Shown: piece by piece, positions 1 through 9,587 of the stretch
Layout: each line of letters begins with the position of its first letter
Numbering within the stretch: the stretch's first letter is position 1
IMG/VR virus record: IMGVR_UViG_2778261162_000006
Location: 1 to 56,751 of that record
Origin: a virus
Taxonomy: Duplodnaviria > Heunggongvirae > Uroviricota > Caudoviricetes
Length of the DNA: 56,751 nucleotides
Strand: one strand, 5' to 3'
Notes under the pieces: model-generated
What the model was told of the DNA's origin: nothing
Database searches by the model: none
What the model saw: only the letters and a program-made list of their open reading frames with translations
Translations under genes and position numbers: made by a program

Positions 1-1254
1 ATGCTGGAACAAATGGGCATTGCCGCGAAGCAAGCCTCGTATAAATTAGCGCAACTCTCCAGCCGCGAAAAAAATCGCGTGCTGGAAAAAATCGCCGATG
101 AACTGGAAGCACAAAGCGAAATCATCCTCAACGCTAACGCCCAGGATGTTGCTGACGCGCGTGCCAATGGCCTTGGCGAAGCGATGCTTGACCGTCTGGC
201 ACTGACGCCCGCACGGCTGAAAGGCATTGCCGATGATGTGCGCCAGGTGTGTAACCTCGCCGATCCGGTGGGGCAGGTAATCGATGGCAGCGTACTGGAC
301 AGCGGCCTGCGTCTTGAGCGTCGTCGCGTACCGCTGGGGGTTATTGGCGTGATTTATGAAGCGCGCCCGAACGTGACGGTTGATGTCGCTTCGCTGTGCC
401 TGAAAACCGGTAATGCGGTGATCCTGCGCGGTGGCAAAGAAACGTGTCGCACTAACGCTGCAACGGTGGCGGTGATTCAGGACGCCCTGAAATCCTGCGG
501 CTTACCGGCGGGTGCCGTGCAGGCGATTGATAATCCTGACCGTGCGCTGGTCAGTGAAATGCTGCGTATGGATAAATACATCGACATGCTGATCCCGCGT
601 GGTGGCGCTGGTTTGCATAAACTGTGCCGTGAACAGTCGACAATCCCGGTGATCACAGGTGGTATAGGCGTATGCCATATTTACGTTGATGAAAGTGTAG
701 AGATCGCTGAAGCATTAAAAGTGATCGTCAACGCGAAAACTCAGCGTCCGAGCACATGTAATACGGTTGAAACGTTGCTGGTGAATAAAAACATCGCCGA
801 TAGCTTCCTGCCCGCATTAAGCAAACAAATGGCGGAAAGCGGCGTGACATTACACGCAGATGCAGCTGCACTGGCGCAGTTGCAGGCAGGCCCTGCGAAG
901 GTGGTTGCTGTTAAAGCCGAAGAGTATGACGATGAGTTTCTGTCATTAGATTTGAACGTCAAAATCGTCAGCGATCTTGACGATGCCATCGCCCATATTC
1001 GTGAACACGGCACACAACACTCCGATGCGATCCTGACCCGCGATATGCGCAACGCCCAGCGTTTTGTTAACGAAGTGGATTCGTCCGCTGTTTACGTTAA
1101 CGCCTCTACGCGTTTTACCGACGGCGGCCAGTTTGGTCTGGGTGCGGAAGTGGCGGTAAGCACACAAAAACTCCACGCGCGTGGCCCAATGGGGCTGGAA
1201 GCACTGACCACTTACAAGTGGATCGGCATTGGTGATTACACCATTCGTGCGTAA
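1..1254 (+). CDS. proA: gamma-glutamyl phosphate reductase, full length 417 aa
   Basis: Translation recognised as E. coli ProA over its whole length; ATG at 1, stop at 1252-1254. Confidence 0.95.
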   Translation: MLEQMGIAAKQASYKLAQLSSREKNRVLEKIADELEAQSEIILNANAQDVADARANGLGEAMLDRLALTPARLKGIADDVRQVCNLADPVGQVIDGSVLDSGLRLERRRVPLGVIGVIYEARPNVTVDVASLCLKTGNAVILRGGKETCRTNAATVAVIQDALKSCGLPAGAVQAIDNPDRALVSEMLRMDKYIDMLIPRGGAGLHKLCREQSTIPVITGGIGVCHIYVDESVEIAEALKVIVNAKTQRPSTCNTVETLLVNKNIADSFLPALSKQMAESGVTLHADAAALAQLQAGPAKVVAVKAEEYDDEFLSLDLNVKIVSDLDDAIAHIREHGTQHSDAILTRDMRNAQRFVNEVDSSAVYVNASTRFTDGGQFGLGAEVAVSTQKLHARGPMGLEALTTYKWIGIGDYTIRA

Positions 1255-1368
1255 ATAAAACCGGGTGATGCAAAAGTAGCCATTTGATTCACAAGGCCAT
1301 TGACGCATCGCCCGGTTAGTTTTAACCTTGTCCACCGTGATTCACGTTCGTGAACATGTCCTTTCAGG

Positions 1369-1444
1369 GCCGATATAGCTCAGTTGGTAGAGCAGCGCAT
1401 TCGTAATGCGAAGGTCGTAGGTTCGACTCCTATTATCGGCACCA
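1369..1444 (+). tRNA. thrW: tRNA-Thr (anticodon CGU)
   Basis: 76-nt sequence GCCGATATAGCTCAGTTGGTAGAGCAGCGCATTCGTAATGCGAAGGTCGTAGGTTCGACTCCTATTATCGGCACCA with GGTTCGA T-loop and 3' CCA; anticodon CGT by position. Confidence 0.9.
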
Positions 1445-1446
1445 TT
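1399..1446 (+). repeat. attL core: 48-bp tRNA 3' segment repeated at 42647..42694
   Basis: ATTCGTAATGCG...CGGCACCATT read directly at both positions. Confidence 0.85.
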
Positions 1447-1458
1447 TAAATCAATAAG

Positions 1459-2622
1459 TTACACATCATTAGTACCTTCCTTATTTTTTGACTGGGACAA
1501 ATTTGGGACCGATGGGTTTAGGATCGAGTCTATTTGCCGTGCGTGTTCGGTAAGGTGATTAGGTGCAAGGTGAGCATATCGACGAACCATTTCGATAGAC
1601 TCCCAGCCTCCCATTTCCTGTAACACTGACAACGGGACTCCGGCTTGAACCAGCCAACTTGCCCAGGTGTGTCTCAAGTCGTGAAATCTGAAATCATCAA
1701 TACCAGCCCGTCTCAGCGCCGCTTTCCAGGCTGTGTTTGCGTCATACCGCATCTTCCTGACTGTTGGCGCTTTCGTTCCGTCTGGTTTGGTACAGCTTTC
1801 CTTGTACACAAATACCCAACGGTGATGATTCCCGATTTGTTTTTTCAATACGCGACATGCAGTATCATTCAGCGCAACGCCAATTGCGCGGTTTGATTTA
1901 CTCTCTTCCGGGTTTATCCATGCCACCCGGCGCTGCATATCTATTTGTTGCCATTCAAGGTTGATGATGTTCGAGCGTCTTAGGCCTGTTGCCAGTGCAA
2001 ATTCAACAACAGACTTTAATGGCTCCGGACATTCATCAATCAGCCTTTGTGCTTCATGGGGCTCCAGCCAGCGGATCCGTTTATTCTTTGGTTGAGGCAC
2101 TTTAATAATTGGTGCCTTATCCAGCATTTTCCATTCACGCTCTGCGGCTCTTAGTAGGGCCTTTATAAATGAAAGATGCGTAGCCTTCGTTGCAACGGAC
2201 GCTGGTTTTGGCGTGTATTCTGGAACAGGTTTCCCTTTTTTTCTGCATGCTTCTGCCCTGAGTTTCCAGTTTTCCTCATGACGCCGGTTCGTCATTTTCT
2301 GCATTGCTGAATAAATTTTTGATTCAGTAATGTCTCTTAGTTGCATTCCTGCGAAATGTTGAAGCCAGAATCCGATCCGGCTTTTGTCATCGTCCAGTGA
2401 TTTTTTATGTGCTTTCTCTTCAAGCCACCTGACACATGCTTCCTCGAACGTTATATCAGGTATTTCACCAAGTTTGCTGACCCGCCATGCTTCAGCCTTT
2501 AGCTTGTCATGGAGTTCTGTCGCCTGCCTTTTGTCCTTTGTTCCAAGAGACTGTTTAAATCTTTTACCGTTCGGCAATGTGAAACTGGCGTACCATATTT
2601 CACCTCTGCGGAAGAGTGACAT
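1459..2622 (-). CDS. Tyrosine-type phage integrase (Rac IntR-like)
   Basis: 387 aa; C-terminal HDLRHTWAS...RRYAH catalytic motifs; N-terminus [14 protein letters not shown] recalled from Rac-type integrases; adjacent to tRNA. Confidence 0.9.
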   Translation of the reverse strand: MSLFRRGEIWYASFTLPNGKRFKQSLGTKDKRQATELHDKLKAEAWRVSKLGEIPDITFEEACVRWLEEKAHKKSLDDDKSRIGFWLQHFAGMQLRDITESKIYSAMQKMTNRRHEENWKLRAEACRKKGKPVPEYTPKPASVATKATHLSFIKALLRAAEREWKMLDKAPIIKVPQPKNKRIRWLEPHEAQRLIDECPEPLKSVVEFALATGLRRSNIINLEWQQIDMQRRVAWINPEESKSNRAIGVALNDTACRVLKKQIGNHHRWVFVYKESCTKPDGTKAPTVRKMRYDANTAWKAALRRAGIDDFRFHDLRHTWASWLVQAGVPLSVLQEMGGWESIEMVRRYAHLAPNHLTEHARQIDSILNPSVPNLSQSKNKEGTNDV

Positions 2623-2849
2623 TTTCTTTCCTCTGTTATGCCATCACCCGCGCTCACCTGGACAGTATGCAGCGGAGACTGAAGAGCCGCAATGCAGGCT
2701 TGTCGTGTTGTGAGGTAAGGAGATTTATTCTTAGTGGGATCTTTGCGTGTTGCCTGAAGACGCCCTGTGCGTATCCAGTTAATGGCAGTCGGTCTGGATA
2801 TCTTGAGAAAATGACAGGCCTCATCGAGTGTGAGGCTGTATGGCTCCAT
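2499..2849 (-). CDS. Excisionase (Xis-like)
   Basis: Internal ATG of the 2499..2933 ORF gives 116 aa starting [29 protein letters not shown] (HTH-like); TAATG overlap with upstream gene; overlaps int 5' end as is common for xis-int. Confidence 0.7.
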   Translation of the reverse strand: MEPYSLTLDEACHFLKISRPTAINWIRTGRLQATRKDPTKNKSPYLTTRQACIAALQSPLHTVQVSAGDGITEERKCHSSAEVKYGTPVSHCRTVKDLNSLLEQRTKGRRQNSMTS

Positions 2850-3154
2850 TATTTCACCTCTTGCTGTGACATTGTTGAAAAATGGATACCAGCTCGTTGC
2901 TGCCAGACGATCCAACCGAGAGTCATATCCCATGCCATGTATTCGTTATCGCCGTTTTTTGCTCTCCGACGATCTACTAAGTCACCGAAACGCTTTTCCA
3001 TGAATAATTCATAAGCTTCGCGTTCATCTGGTTCTACTTCCAGAGATAGGAGTGCGATTTCATAAGCACGGCGCTCAATATCGTCTCGCACGTCAAGGCT
3101 GCTGATACGCTCTTTAATTTCTTTAATCAGTTCTTTGTCGGTAAAAGTGGTCAT
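2849..3154 (-). CDS. Hypothetical phage protein (101 aa)
   Basis: ORF in early-left operon, acidic composition, overlapping junctions with neighbours. Confidence 0.6.
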   Translation of the reverse strand: MTTFTDKELIKEIKERISSLDVRDDIERRAYEIALLSLEVEPDEREAYELFMEKRFGDLVDRRRAKNGDNEYMAWDMTLGWIVWQQRAGIHFSTMSQQEVK

Positions 3155-3516
3155 TATGCTCCAGCCTCCGGTGCTTTTGGCATTACTGCCCAGTGAGTGA
3201 TATTGACGTTTTCAAGGTCCCCGACCTGAAATGTCCACTGCCATTCTCCGGTTTCTTTTTGTCCCCAGGTGTACCAGAGAGAACGCCAGCCAATTAGCCA
3301 GCCTTCTCCGTTAGCATCGAATAACAAAACACTTTCATTTGCTGGTGGCAGTTCAGTTGACACTGGTATTACTTTGTTTTCCTGTGCTGCACATTTAGCT
3401 TCAAGCGCATCGAATTTACGCACCAGGTATTCAGCATCTGTTTCATTTACTTTCAGATCTCGCGGTACACATCTCCCACGAAGAAACCCTTCCATTTCGA
3501 AAACATTCATGCGCAT
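3154..3516 (-). CDS. DUF551-like phage protein
   Basis: 120 aa; Trp-rich C-terminal region typical of DUF551 proteins; recollection-based. Confidence 0.6.
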   Translation of the reverse strand: MRMNVFEMEGFLRGRCVPRDLKVNETDAEYLVRKFDALEAKCAAQENKVIPVSTELPPANESVLLFDANGEGWLIGWRSLWYTWGQKETGEWQWTFQVGDLENVNITHWAVMPKAPEAGA

Positions 3517-4043
3517 TTGCGTAACTCCGATAACTCGTTAAAGCGTTCCATAAACATCCCGTAGGCATGGCCCGGTGCCAGTGGAATCACGTTGAACATC
3601 TCTGTTGCCGGGATACCTTCCAGTACAGGCCAGAAAGAGCCATCATCAAGCCCGAGATCGCGGCGTTCGGTTGCCAGCATGATGAGATCGGCATATTTCA
3701 CGGGCGTACTCATAACTGGGGGTAACCCGTATTTCTCACGGATTACGGCGTCTATTTTTTCTTCCATTTGTTTATAGTCAGGAAGAAGGCGTTTCAGTGG
3801 TGCGGGAATGTCCTGGCAATACGCTTCTGTTGCATCATGCATTAACGCTTCAAAAGCAAATTCCTGCGGCACCAACTGGCTGCAAAGAACCGCATGTTGG
3901 GCGACGCTGTAGAAGTGCGAAAGATGACCGGCAAAGCGACAGATATTTGAAAGGGAAACCGCGATATCGTTAATATCGATGTCGTCTTTATTTATCCTGT
4001 CATAATAAAAATGCTTCCCGGAAAAAGTTTTAATAAATGACAT
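3507..4043 (-). CDS. HD-domain phosphohydrolase (YfdR-like 5'-deoxynucleotidase)
   Basis: HxxxxxxHD-like motifs (HFYSVAQHA...HDATEAY); start placed at internal Met MSFIKTFSGKH. Confidence 0.75.
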   Translation of the reverse strand: MSFIKTFSGKHFYYDRINKDDIDINDIAVSLSNICRFAGHLSHFYSVAQHAVLCSQLVPQEFAFEALMHDATEAYCQDIPAPLKRLLPDYKQMEEKIDAVIREKYGLPPVMSTPVKYADLIMLATERRDLGLDDGSFWPVLEGIPATEMFNVIPLAPGHAYGMFMERFNELSELRKCA

Positions 4044-4170
4044 TTTGTTCTCCACGTATATGCGCTGCACCGCGCTGAATTCTGGTAAAAAGAATCCCTC
4101 ACCATCCGGCGATTATTGAGTAAATTACGTTTCCATAAATGCCCCCGCAGGGGCATTTGCAGTAATGAAA

Positions 4171-4995
4171 TCAGGCGGTGAAAGTACCAATAAAGGTTTC
4201 TACTTTGCTGTCCTTGAATTTCTCAACAAGCAGATCACGAAATTCGTTAGCCATTTCTTCCTGCACCGCCTCCAGCTGAATAATGCGCAGAACCAGTACA
4301 GGACGATCGCCAGTGATAATACTGAGGCGTAATTTAAACGGACGTTCTTTCAGACCTTCAAACGGAACGCATTTAAATTCAAATGCCACTGGCATAATGT
4401 CTTTGGTCTTCGCTTCGACAGACTCCATCAGGGAGCGTTTGCCGCTGAAGTCATTATCTTCAAAATCAGCGGTCTGGTTTGCTTCAATCGTGATTTTACG
4501 GACAGCCGCAGCCGCTTTTGTTGCCTGAATAGCGTCACCATTAGCATCAAAGCCCACAAGATAGTCGGCCCAGTCTTCAATCCATTCTGCCAGTGACTTC
4601 TGGGAGTTACGCTCGCCGTTAACAGACAACAGAGCAGAGAACGGTGCTGTCTTTTTCAGTTTGAGTGTGGCGGTGTTATCTGCGTGACCTGGTTCATCAA
4701 TAGTACCCAGGTTAAGCACACTGACGGCACGCATATTATCAGCATCGATAAAGCAGCGGGTGCCTTCATCTGCAAGATCTTTAGAATAACGGGTAAAGTC
4801 ATCGATGCTGGCAGTGGAAAGCGCACCACGGAAACGGAAGCGATTTAAATTAAATTTTTCCAGATCATGAATGCGGAAATTCTCAGGCAATGCCACAGCA
4901 TCGGCACCAATCTTACTGATAATTTCATTAACACCCTGAGCAGAAATAAGGGCATGGATTTGATTAATTGCGGTTGCGTCTAAGTTCTGAGACAT
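4171..4995 (-). CDS. DUF2303 family protein (YfdQ-like)
   Basis: 274 aa, colinear with the yfdP/Q/R-like block of CPS-53-type prophages; recollection-based. Confidence 0.65.
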   Translation of the reverse strand: MSQNLDATAINQIHALISAQGVNEIISKIGADAVALPENFRIHDLEKFNLNRFRFRGALSTASIDDFTRYSKDLADEGTRCFIDADNMRAVSVLNLGTIDEPGHADNTATLKLKKTAPFSALLSVNGERNSQKSLAEWIEDWADYLVGFDANGDAIQATKAAAAVRKITIEANQTADFEDNDFSGKRSLMESVEAKTKDIMPVAFEFKCVPFEGLKERPFKLRLSIITGDRPVLVLRIIQLEAVQEEMANEFRDLLVEKFKDSKVETFIGTFTA

Positions 4996-5060
4996 AATAA
5001 GTCCTCACTATATAAAGATATTCAGTGATGAGATAAATAATCAGTTAATTAAAAACGATA

Positions 5061-5423
5061 TTAACGACCTGCTGCGCGGAGTTTTCCGTCAGGTTCACCG
5101 GCAAGAGTCAGTAACTGTCCCTGGTCTTCCTGCAGAATAGTCAGGCGACCACCGCGATTGACATACATCGGCGTTTCGGTGGTGTCTTCTTCGGAAATTT
5201 TCCCGCGGTTAGTCGGGCGAACATATGAGAGTTTGTGTTTGATTTTCACACGGTTCTCATCAAATGGTTCGATTTCCAGGTTGAGTGAGACCTTACCTTT
5301 GGTTTTCGTGTTCATCACACCGGAAGCGACTTCACTGAGAACTGCGCCGATTTTGGTTTCAAATACGCCGCCGTCCAGCTCCCCGATAAATGCCTGCACA
5401 TCAGTACTGCGTTCGCTAGCCAT
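5061..5423 (-). CDS. YfdP-like hypothetical protein (120 aa)
   Basis: Start at internal ATG (5423) preceded by GAGGAG; the longer 226-aa reading extends into a GC-rich structured region with implausible composition. Confidence 0.65.
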   Translation of the reverse strand: MASERSTDVQAFIGELDGGVFETKIGAVLSEVASGVMNTKTKGKVSLNLEIEPFDENRVKIKHKLSYVRPTNRGKISEEDTTETPMYVNRGGRLTILQEDQGQLLTLAGEPDGKLRAAGR

Positions 5424-5891
5424 TTTGCTGCTCCTCATCATATCGACCCTGCAAGGCCGATTAGTTTCTCCACAAAACAGAGAAGAACACCTGCGGTGGC
5501 AGCCGCCCGGATGGATTGGGTTATGAGCCCGTCGTCCGGTGATGCTCTTCTCTGTTTTGTAAAAAGGACGGTACCAGCCGGAAGCAAGGGTACAAACTGG
5601 TACCTCCAGGACTACACACAGCATAAAGTTGTGGTGCCGGGTGCCTCCCGGTGCCTGGCGAAGGTTGCACACCAGACGGGTGGGTATCCACAGAAGGTCG
5701 ACTGTCAGCCTCAACCTTAACCCGCGTGCGCTGAGCCGCATTCACCACAACGCTAAGGATTCTCTCTGGTTAAAAATACTTAGCTGTTATGTGCCTGCTT
5801 TTAGCCACATCAGGCGAGGTGGACCTGGTTATTCCCCAACAACAAGGATTCGGTTAATCTGGTTATCCCCAACAACGCAAAAGGAAAAGAA

Positions 5892-6326
5892 ATGTCCGGT
5901 AATATCTACACGCTGTACAAATCCCACTGTGAAAATGTTGGAAAGTATCGGGGCATTGAAATCAGTGGGGTAGTGTCATCAGTCGAAATAAGCAAAGTGG
6001 AATCAAGGGCAACATTACTTACTCTTCTGGACCTTGTCTTACATGAGCACCGGAAGAAATTCGGCACTCCCTATAATCAGTTGAATGGGAAAAAGGCTCT
6101 GGTTCACCTTATTCTGATGAAGCATCACTGGATGCCAAAACAGATTAATGAGATGAAATTTGATGAACTTCTTCTTTCAATTCAGGATGAACTCACACTT
6201 GATAAAATAAGCGTAACCGCCCAGAAATTTTTAGATTATCGAGACTGGAGATCACAAATTCATCATTTTGATGATTTTGACGAAAATGAATGGGATCCTA
6301 ATTTGTCTGCACAATATCTAAAGTAA
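5892..6326 (+). CDS. Hypothetical protein (144 aa), AT-rich moron opposite to the early-left operon
   Basis: ATG with AAGGAAAAG RBS; low GC versus flanks; preceded by a 34-nt tandem repeat. Confidence 0.65.
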   Translation: MSGNIYTLYKSHCENVGKYRGIEISGVVSSVEISKVESRATLLTLLDLVLHEHRKKFGTPYNQLNGKKALVHLILMKHHWMPKQINEMKFDELLLSIQDELTLDKISVTAQKFLDYRDWRSQIHHFDDFDENEWDPNLSAQYLK

Positions 6327-6519
6327 CATCCTGTGATAAAACCGTGATTTCCTGATCCAGTTTTTTTAAGGAGTCTATTGTTTCCTGTCGATAAGACAGC
6401 ACTTCACGAAGCTGGTTTATAGCTGCCAGCTTCTTTGTCATCCACTCATAAATTTCCTCATCTGTGTAGCCAGGCGCGACGATTTTGGGTTCTGTTTTGT
6501 GCATTTCACATCTCCTCAA
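6298..6519 (-). CDS. Hypothetical protein (73 aa), first ORF downstream of OL-like operators
   Basis: ORF only; 3' end overlaps the convergent 5892..6326 gene by 29 nt; not Arg-rich like lambda N. Confidence 0.45.
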   Translation of the reverse strand: MRRCEMHKTEPKIVAPGYTDEEIYEWMTKKLAAINQLREVLSYRQETIDSLKKLDQEITVLSQDVTLDIVQTN

Positions 6520-6564
6520 GTTATCAGTTACTTGTTGATGGGGACCAGATTGTTAAAGAGCTAA

Positions 6565-6586
6565 GCGTCCTGTAGGGCGCTTTTTT
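6565..6586 (+). terminator. Rho-independent terminator (plus-strand orientation)
   Basis: GCGTCC-TGTA-GGGCGC hairpin followed by TTTTTT. Confidence 0.55.
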
Positions 6587-6665
6587 GTTGCTAACGAATC
6601 ATCCTGGACTTCATATGCCCCAGGCGGCTACTTCGTGGGCGTCCTGCCTGTTCGTTGTTTCGCTT

Positions 6666-6702
6666 GGGTACATTATGTATCTCAAAGGTACATTGTCAAG
6701 TA
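6666..6702. promoter_or_regulatory. OL-like operator sites
   Basis: GGTACATTATGTA and GGTACATTGTCAAGTA; same GGTACA/TGTACC half-sites as the cI-cro intergenic region. Confidence 0.55.
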
Positions 6703-6738
6703 TAAAAAAACCTGCCGAAGCAGGTTCATAAACATTGA

Positions 6739-7413
6739 TTAGGCTTTGATTTTGTATCTTCTTGGTTTTCCTGAGAAAATCACTGTACCAATTATAGAGC
6801 AATTACCGTTGATCTTAATGTAAGGCTCAGGCCAGTTTGGGTTTAACGCTTTGAGATAACGCTGTGTCCCATCTTCTATCAACCTTTTGAAGGTGGTTTC
6901 GCCTGTATCGTGCATCAATGCAATAACGTCGTCACCGTGGCAGGCAGGTACTTCAGGATCGACAAAAATCATGTCTCCCGGGCGGTACTCATCAATCATT
7001 GAATCACCTATCACCCGCAAGATATAAGTCATTTCCCCACAGGGTACAGGGCAGGGATACGTTTCTGCTGTGCTCAAATCAACCTCAGAATATCCAACTT
7101 CTTTCCATGCTCCGGCCTGTACCCATGATATGACAGGGACTAATGTGATTTGTTTATTAGTGATTGAAACATCAGGTTTTTTTGTGATGTTCGTTGTCTG
7201 GTGTTCTTGATCGAGCCATCCGACAGGCAGGTCGAAACATTTTTCGATGTGTCGTGCCATGCTGTCACCGATATTTTTAGTAGCACCATCTCCCATAAAC
7301 CTGCTGGTCTGGGTTGGCTCGCGATCAATCATAGTGGCAAAGGAAGAATTCCCGCCAACACCATCTCTCAGTTTTCTGGCGTTAGACCGCCGGATGTCAT
7401 GGATTGTTTTCAT
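6739..7413 (-). CDS. CI-like repressor (HTH plus S24 LexA-like peptidase domain)
   Basis: 224 aa; C-terminal VIGDSM and later Lys-containing motif typical of S24 autopeptidases; divergent from cro-like gene. Confidence 0.85.
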   Translation of the reverse strand: MKTIHDIRRSNARKLRDGVGGNSSFATMIDREPTQTSRFMGDGATKNIGDSMARHIEKCFDLPVGWLDQEHQTTNITKKPDVSITNKQITLVPVISWVQAGAWKEVGYSEVDLSTAETYPCPVPCGEMTYILRVIGDSMIDEYRPGDMIFVDPEVPACHGDDVIALMHDTGETTFKRLIEDGTQRYLKALNPNWPEPYIKINGNCSIIGTVIFSGKPRRYKIKA

Positions 7414-7503
7414 AACGAAATTAAAACCCTTGTACCGTTAAGGTACAAGTATCTTGAAGGTTCATTTCAATCATGTAATATGTACATCGGAGGTACATAT
7501 TGT
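7414..7503. promoter_or_regulatory. OR-like operator/promoter region between cI and cro
   Basis: Palindrome CTTGTACCGTTAAGGTACAAG (7429..7449) and ATGTACATCGGAGGTACAT (7473..7494). Confidence 0.7.
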
Positions 7504-7704
7504 ATGAAAGCGTATTGGGACTCTTTAACCAAAGAACAGCAGGGCGAGTTGGCCGGAAAAGTTGGCTCAACACCTGGCTACTTACGGCTGGTTTTCAATG
7601 GCTATAAAAAAGCCAGTTTTGTGCTGGCTAAAAAACTTGAGCAATGCACGTCAGGTGCAATTACGAAATCTGACTTAAGACCGGATATCTATCCGAAAGA
7701 TTAG
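7504..7704 (+). CDS. Cro-like HTH regulator (66 aa)
   Basis: ATG at 7504 after GGAGGT; HTH-like LAGKVGSTPGYLRLVFNG; the longer 7201..7704 ORF is antisense to cI. Confidence 0.7.
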   Translation: MKAYWDSLTKEQQGELAGKVGSTPGYLRLVFNGYKKASFVLAKKLEQCTSGAITKSDLRPDIYPKD

Positions 7705-7735
7705 CAGAACACTTTCAATTTTTAACCACAGAACG

Positions 7736-8299
7736 ATGAGGCTAACCGTGGGTAAGCATCACTGGAAAATAGAAAAACAGCCTGAGTGGTACGTGAAAGC
7801 TGTCAGAAAAACTATCGCGGCGTTGCCGGGTGGTTACGCTGAAGCGGCTGACTGGCTCGATGTAACAGAAAACGCTTTATTCAACCGCCTTCGTGCAGAT
7901 GGCGATCAGATTTTCCCGCTGGGATGGGCAATGGTTTTACAGCGTGCTGGTGGCACTCACTTCATTGCTGATGCTGTGGCGCAGTCTGCAAATGGCGTCT
8001 TTGTGTCTCTTCCTGACGTCGAGGATGTGGACAACGCCGATATCAACCAACGCCTGCTGGAAGTCATTGAACAGATCGGCAGTTATTCAAAACAGATTCG
8101 TTCAGCAATTGAAGACGGTGTAGTGGAACCGCATGAGAAGACAGCAATTAACGATGAGCTGTACCTCTCAATTTCGAAGCTGCAGGAGCATGCAGCACTG
8201 GTCTACAAAATCTTTTGCGTTTCAGAAAGTAGTGACGCCCGCGAGTGTGCAGCTCCGGGCGCCGTGGCGTGTCGTGACTGTGGAGAAACTAACGCATGA
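7736..8299 (+). CDS. CII-position regulator (YdaT-like), 187 aa
   Basis: Position immediately downstream of cro; family assignment by recollection only. Confidence 0.5.
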   Translation: MRLTVGKHHWKIEKQPEWYVKAVRKTIAALPGGYAEAADWLDVTENALFNRLRADGDQIFPLGWAMVLQRAGGTHFIADAVAQSANGVFVSLPDVEDVDNADINQRLLEVIEQIGSYSKQIRSAIEDGVVEPHEKTAINDELYLSISKLQEHAALVYKIFCVSESSDARECAAPGAVACRDCGETNA

Positions 8300-8634
8300 A
8301 CAGTTTAACAACACACTACCGTCGCTCGCAACTGATTGCGCTTCCTGTACCGGGTGGAAAAGCGAAGGTGGAGTATTGCTATGCAGTAAATGTACCAGGT
8401 GACAGGGAAATTGTAACCCACAGCTTTGCAGAGTGGGCTGTGGGTGATTTCAACCGGCAGAAGGAGACAGTCCTTTGCGACAAGTTAACCGCTGGTTCAA
8501 AGATCACTACGGAGTGCCCGTCAGAGTCATTCGTTGGGAGCCGGAAACACAACGGGTTATCTACCTCCGTGAAGGCTATGAGCATGAGTGCTTCAGCCCG
8601 CTCGAACAGTTTCGTCGTAAATTCAGGGAAATAG
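8296..8634 (+). CDS. Hypothetical protein (112 aa); C-terminal half may be out of frame
   Basis: ATGA overlap with upstream stop; a second frame (TTG at 8475 with AAGGAG SD, to 8654) encodes a more protein-like 59 aa. Confidence 0.45.
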   Translation: MNSLTTHYRRSQLIALPVPGGKAKVEYCYAVNVPGDREIVTHSFAEWAVGDFNRQKETVLCDKLTAGSKITTECPSESFVGSRKHNGLSTSVKAMSMSASARSNSFVVNSGK

Positions 8635-8643
8635 AGGTCGGTC

Positions 8644-9585
8644 ATGAGCACTAAATTAACCGGCTATGTATGGGATGGTTGCGCTGCGTCAGGCATGAAA
8701 TTATCCAGCGTGGCAATTATGGCCCGCCTGGCTGATTTCAGTAATGACGAAGGTGTGTGCTGGCCATCAATTGAAACCATTGCCCGTCAGATTGGCGCGG
8801 GGATGAGTACCGTCAGAACGGCTATCGCACGGCTGGAAGCAGAAGGCTGGTTAACGCGTAAGGCGCGTCGCCAGGGTAACCGCAATGCGTCGAATGTTTA
8901 TCAGCTTAACGTTGCGAAGCTTCAGGCAGCGGCATTTTCTCAACTGTCAGATTCTGACCCGTCAAAATCTGACGCATCAAAATCTGACCCGTCAAAATTT
9001 GATGCGTCGAAATCTGGCAAAAAAGCGGGTTTTCACCCGTCAGAATCTGGCGGGGATCCGTCAGTAAAATCAAAACATGATCCGTCAGATAAAAAAACTT
9101 CTCGTCCGGACGCTTCGCAACCGGACACGCAGACGGCTGAACAGGAGTTTTTAACTCGCCATCCTGATGCGGTTGTATTCAGCCCTAAAAAGCGCCAGTG
9201 GGGAACGCAGGATGATTTGACCTGCGCACAGTGGCTCTGGAAAAAAATCATCGCCCTGTACGAGCAGGCCGCCGAATGTGACGGCGAGGTGGTTCGTCCC
9301 AAAGAACCGAACTGGACAGCCTGGGCAAACGAAATTCGCCTGATGTGTGTGCAGGATGGTCGTACTCACAAACAAATCTGCGAGATGTACAGCCGCGTCA
9401 GCCGCGATCCGTTCTGGTGCCGTAACGTGCTCAGCCCGTCGAAGCTGCGGGAAAAATGGGATGAGCTTTCCCTGCGCTTATCGCCGTCCGTCAGCACGTA
9501 CACAGAAAAACGCGAAGACCCGTACTTCAAAGCCAGTTACGACAACGTGGACTACAGCCAGATCCCGGCAGGATTCAGGGGGTGA
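8644..9585 (+). CDS. Replication initiator (lambda O-like, N-terminal winged-helix)
   Basis: 313 aa; N-terminal HTH region; internal iteron array as in lambda ori. Confidence 0.8.
   Translation: MSTKLTGYVWDGCAASGMKLSSVAIMARLADFSNDEGVCWPSIETIARQIGAGMSTVRTAIARLEAEGWLTRKARRQGNRNASNVYQLNVAKLQAAAFSQLSDSDPSKSDASKSDPSKFDASKSGKKAGFHPSESGGDPSVKSKHDPSDKKTSRPDASQPDTQTAEQEFLTRHPDAVVFSPKKRQWGTQDDLTCAQWLWKKIIALYEQAAECDGEVVRPKEPNWTAWANEIRLMCVQDGRTHKQICEMYSRVSRDPFWCRNVLSPSKLREKWDELSLRLSPSVSTYTEKREDPYFKASYDNVDYSQIPAGFRG
8945..9100. repeat. Origin-like iteron array inside the O-like gene
   Basis: Repeated ~15-bp units TGACCCGTCAAAATC / TGACGCATCAAAATC / CCGTCAGAATCTG / CCGTCAGATAAAAAAA. Confidence 0.7.
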
Positions 9586-9587
9586 TC

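Noticed and set aside
741-1335. Minus-strand ORFs of 103 and 129 aa inside and just after proA
   Set aside because: Antisense to a confidently identified core gene; no RBS; composition typical of spurious antisense frames.
5061-5741. 226-aa reading of the YfdP-like ORF
   Set aside because: The N-terminal 106 residues are Arg/Cys/Leu-rich nonsense across a GC-rich structured region; a strong GAGGAG RBS precedes the internal ATG at 5423.
5440-5760. Retron msr/msd-like ncRNA
   Set aside because: Inverted repeats are present but there is no reverse transcriptase gene nearby and the spacing does not match retron a1/a2 architecture.
7201-7704. 167-aa plus-strand ORF spanning the cI-cro intergenic region
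   Set aside because: Its 5' part is antisense to cI and crosses the operator region; the cro-like gene starts at the RBS-preceded ATG at 7504.
8945-9100. CRISPR-like array
   Set aside because: Repeats are 15 bp, imperfect, without regular unique spacers, inside a coding sequence and with no cas genes; the same applies to repeat clusters at 45014, 50881 and 54656.
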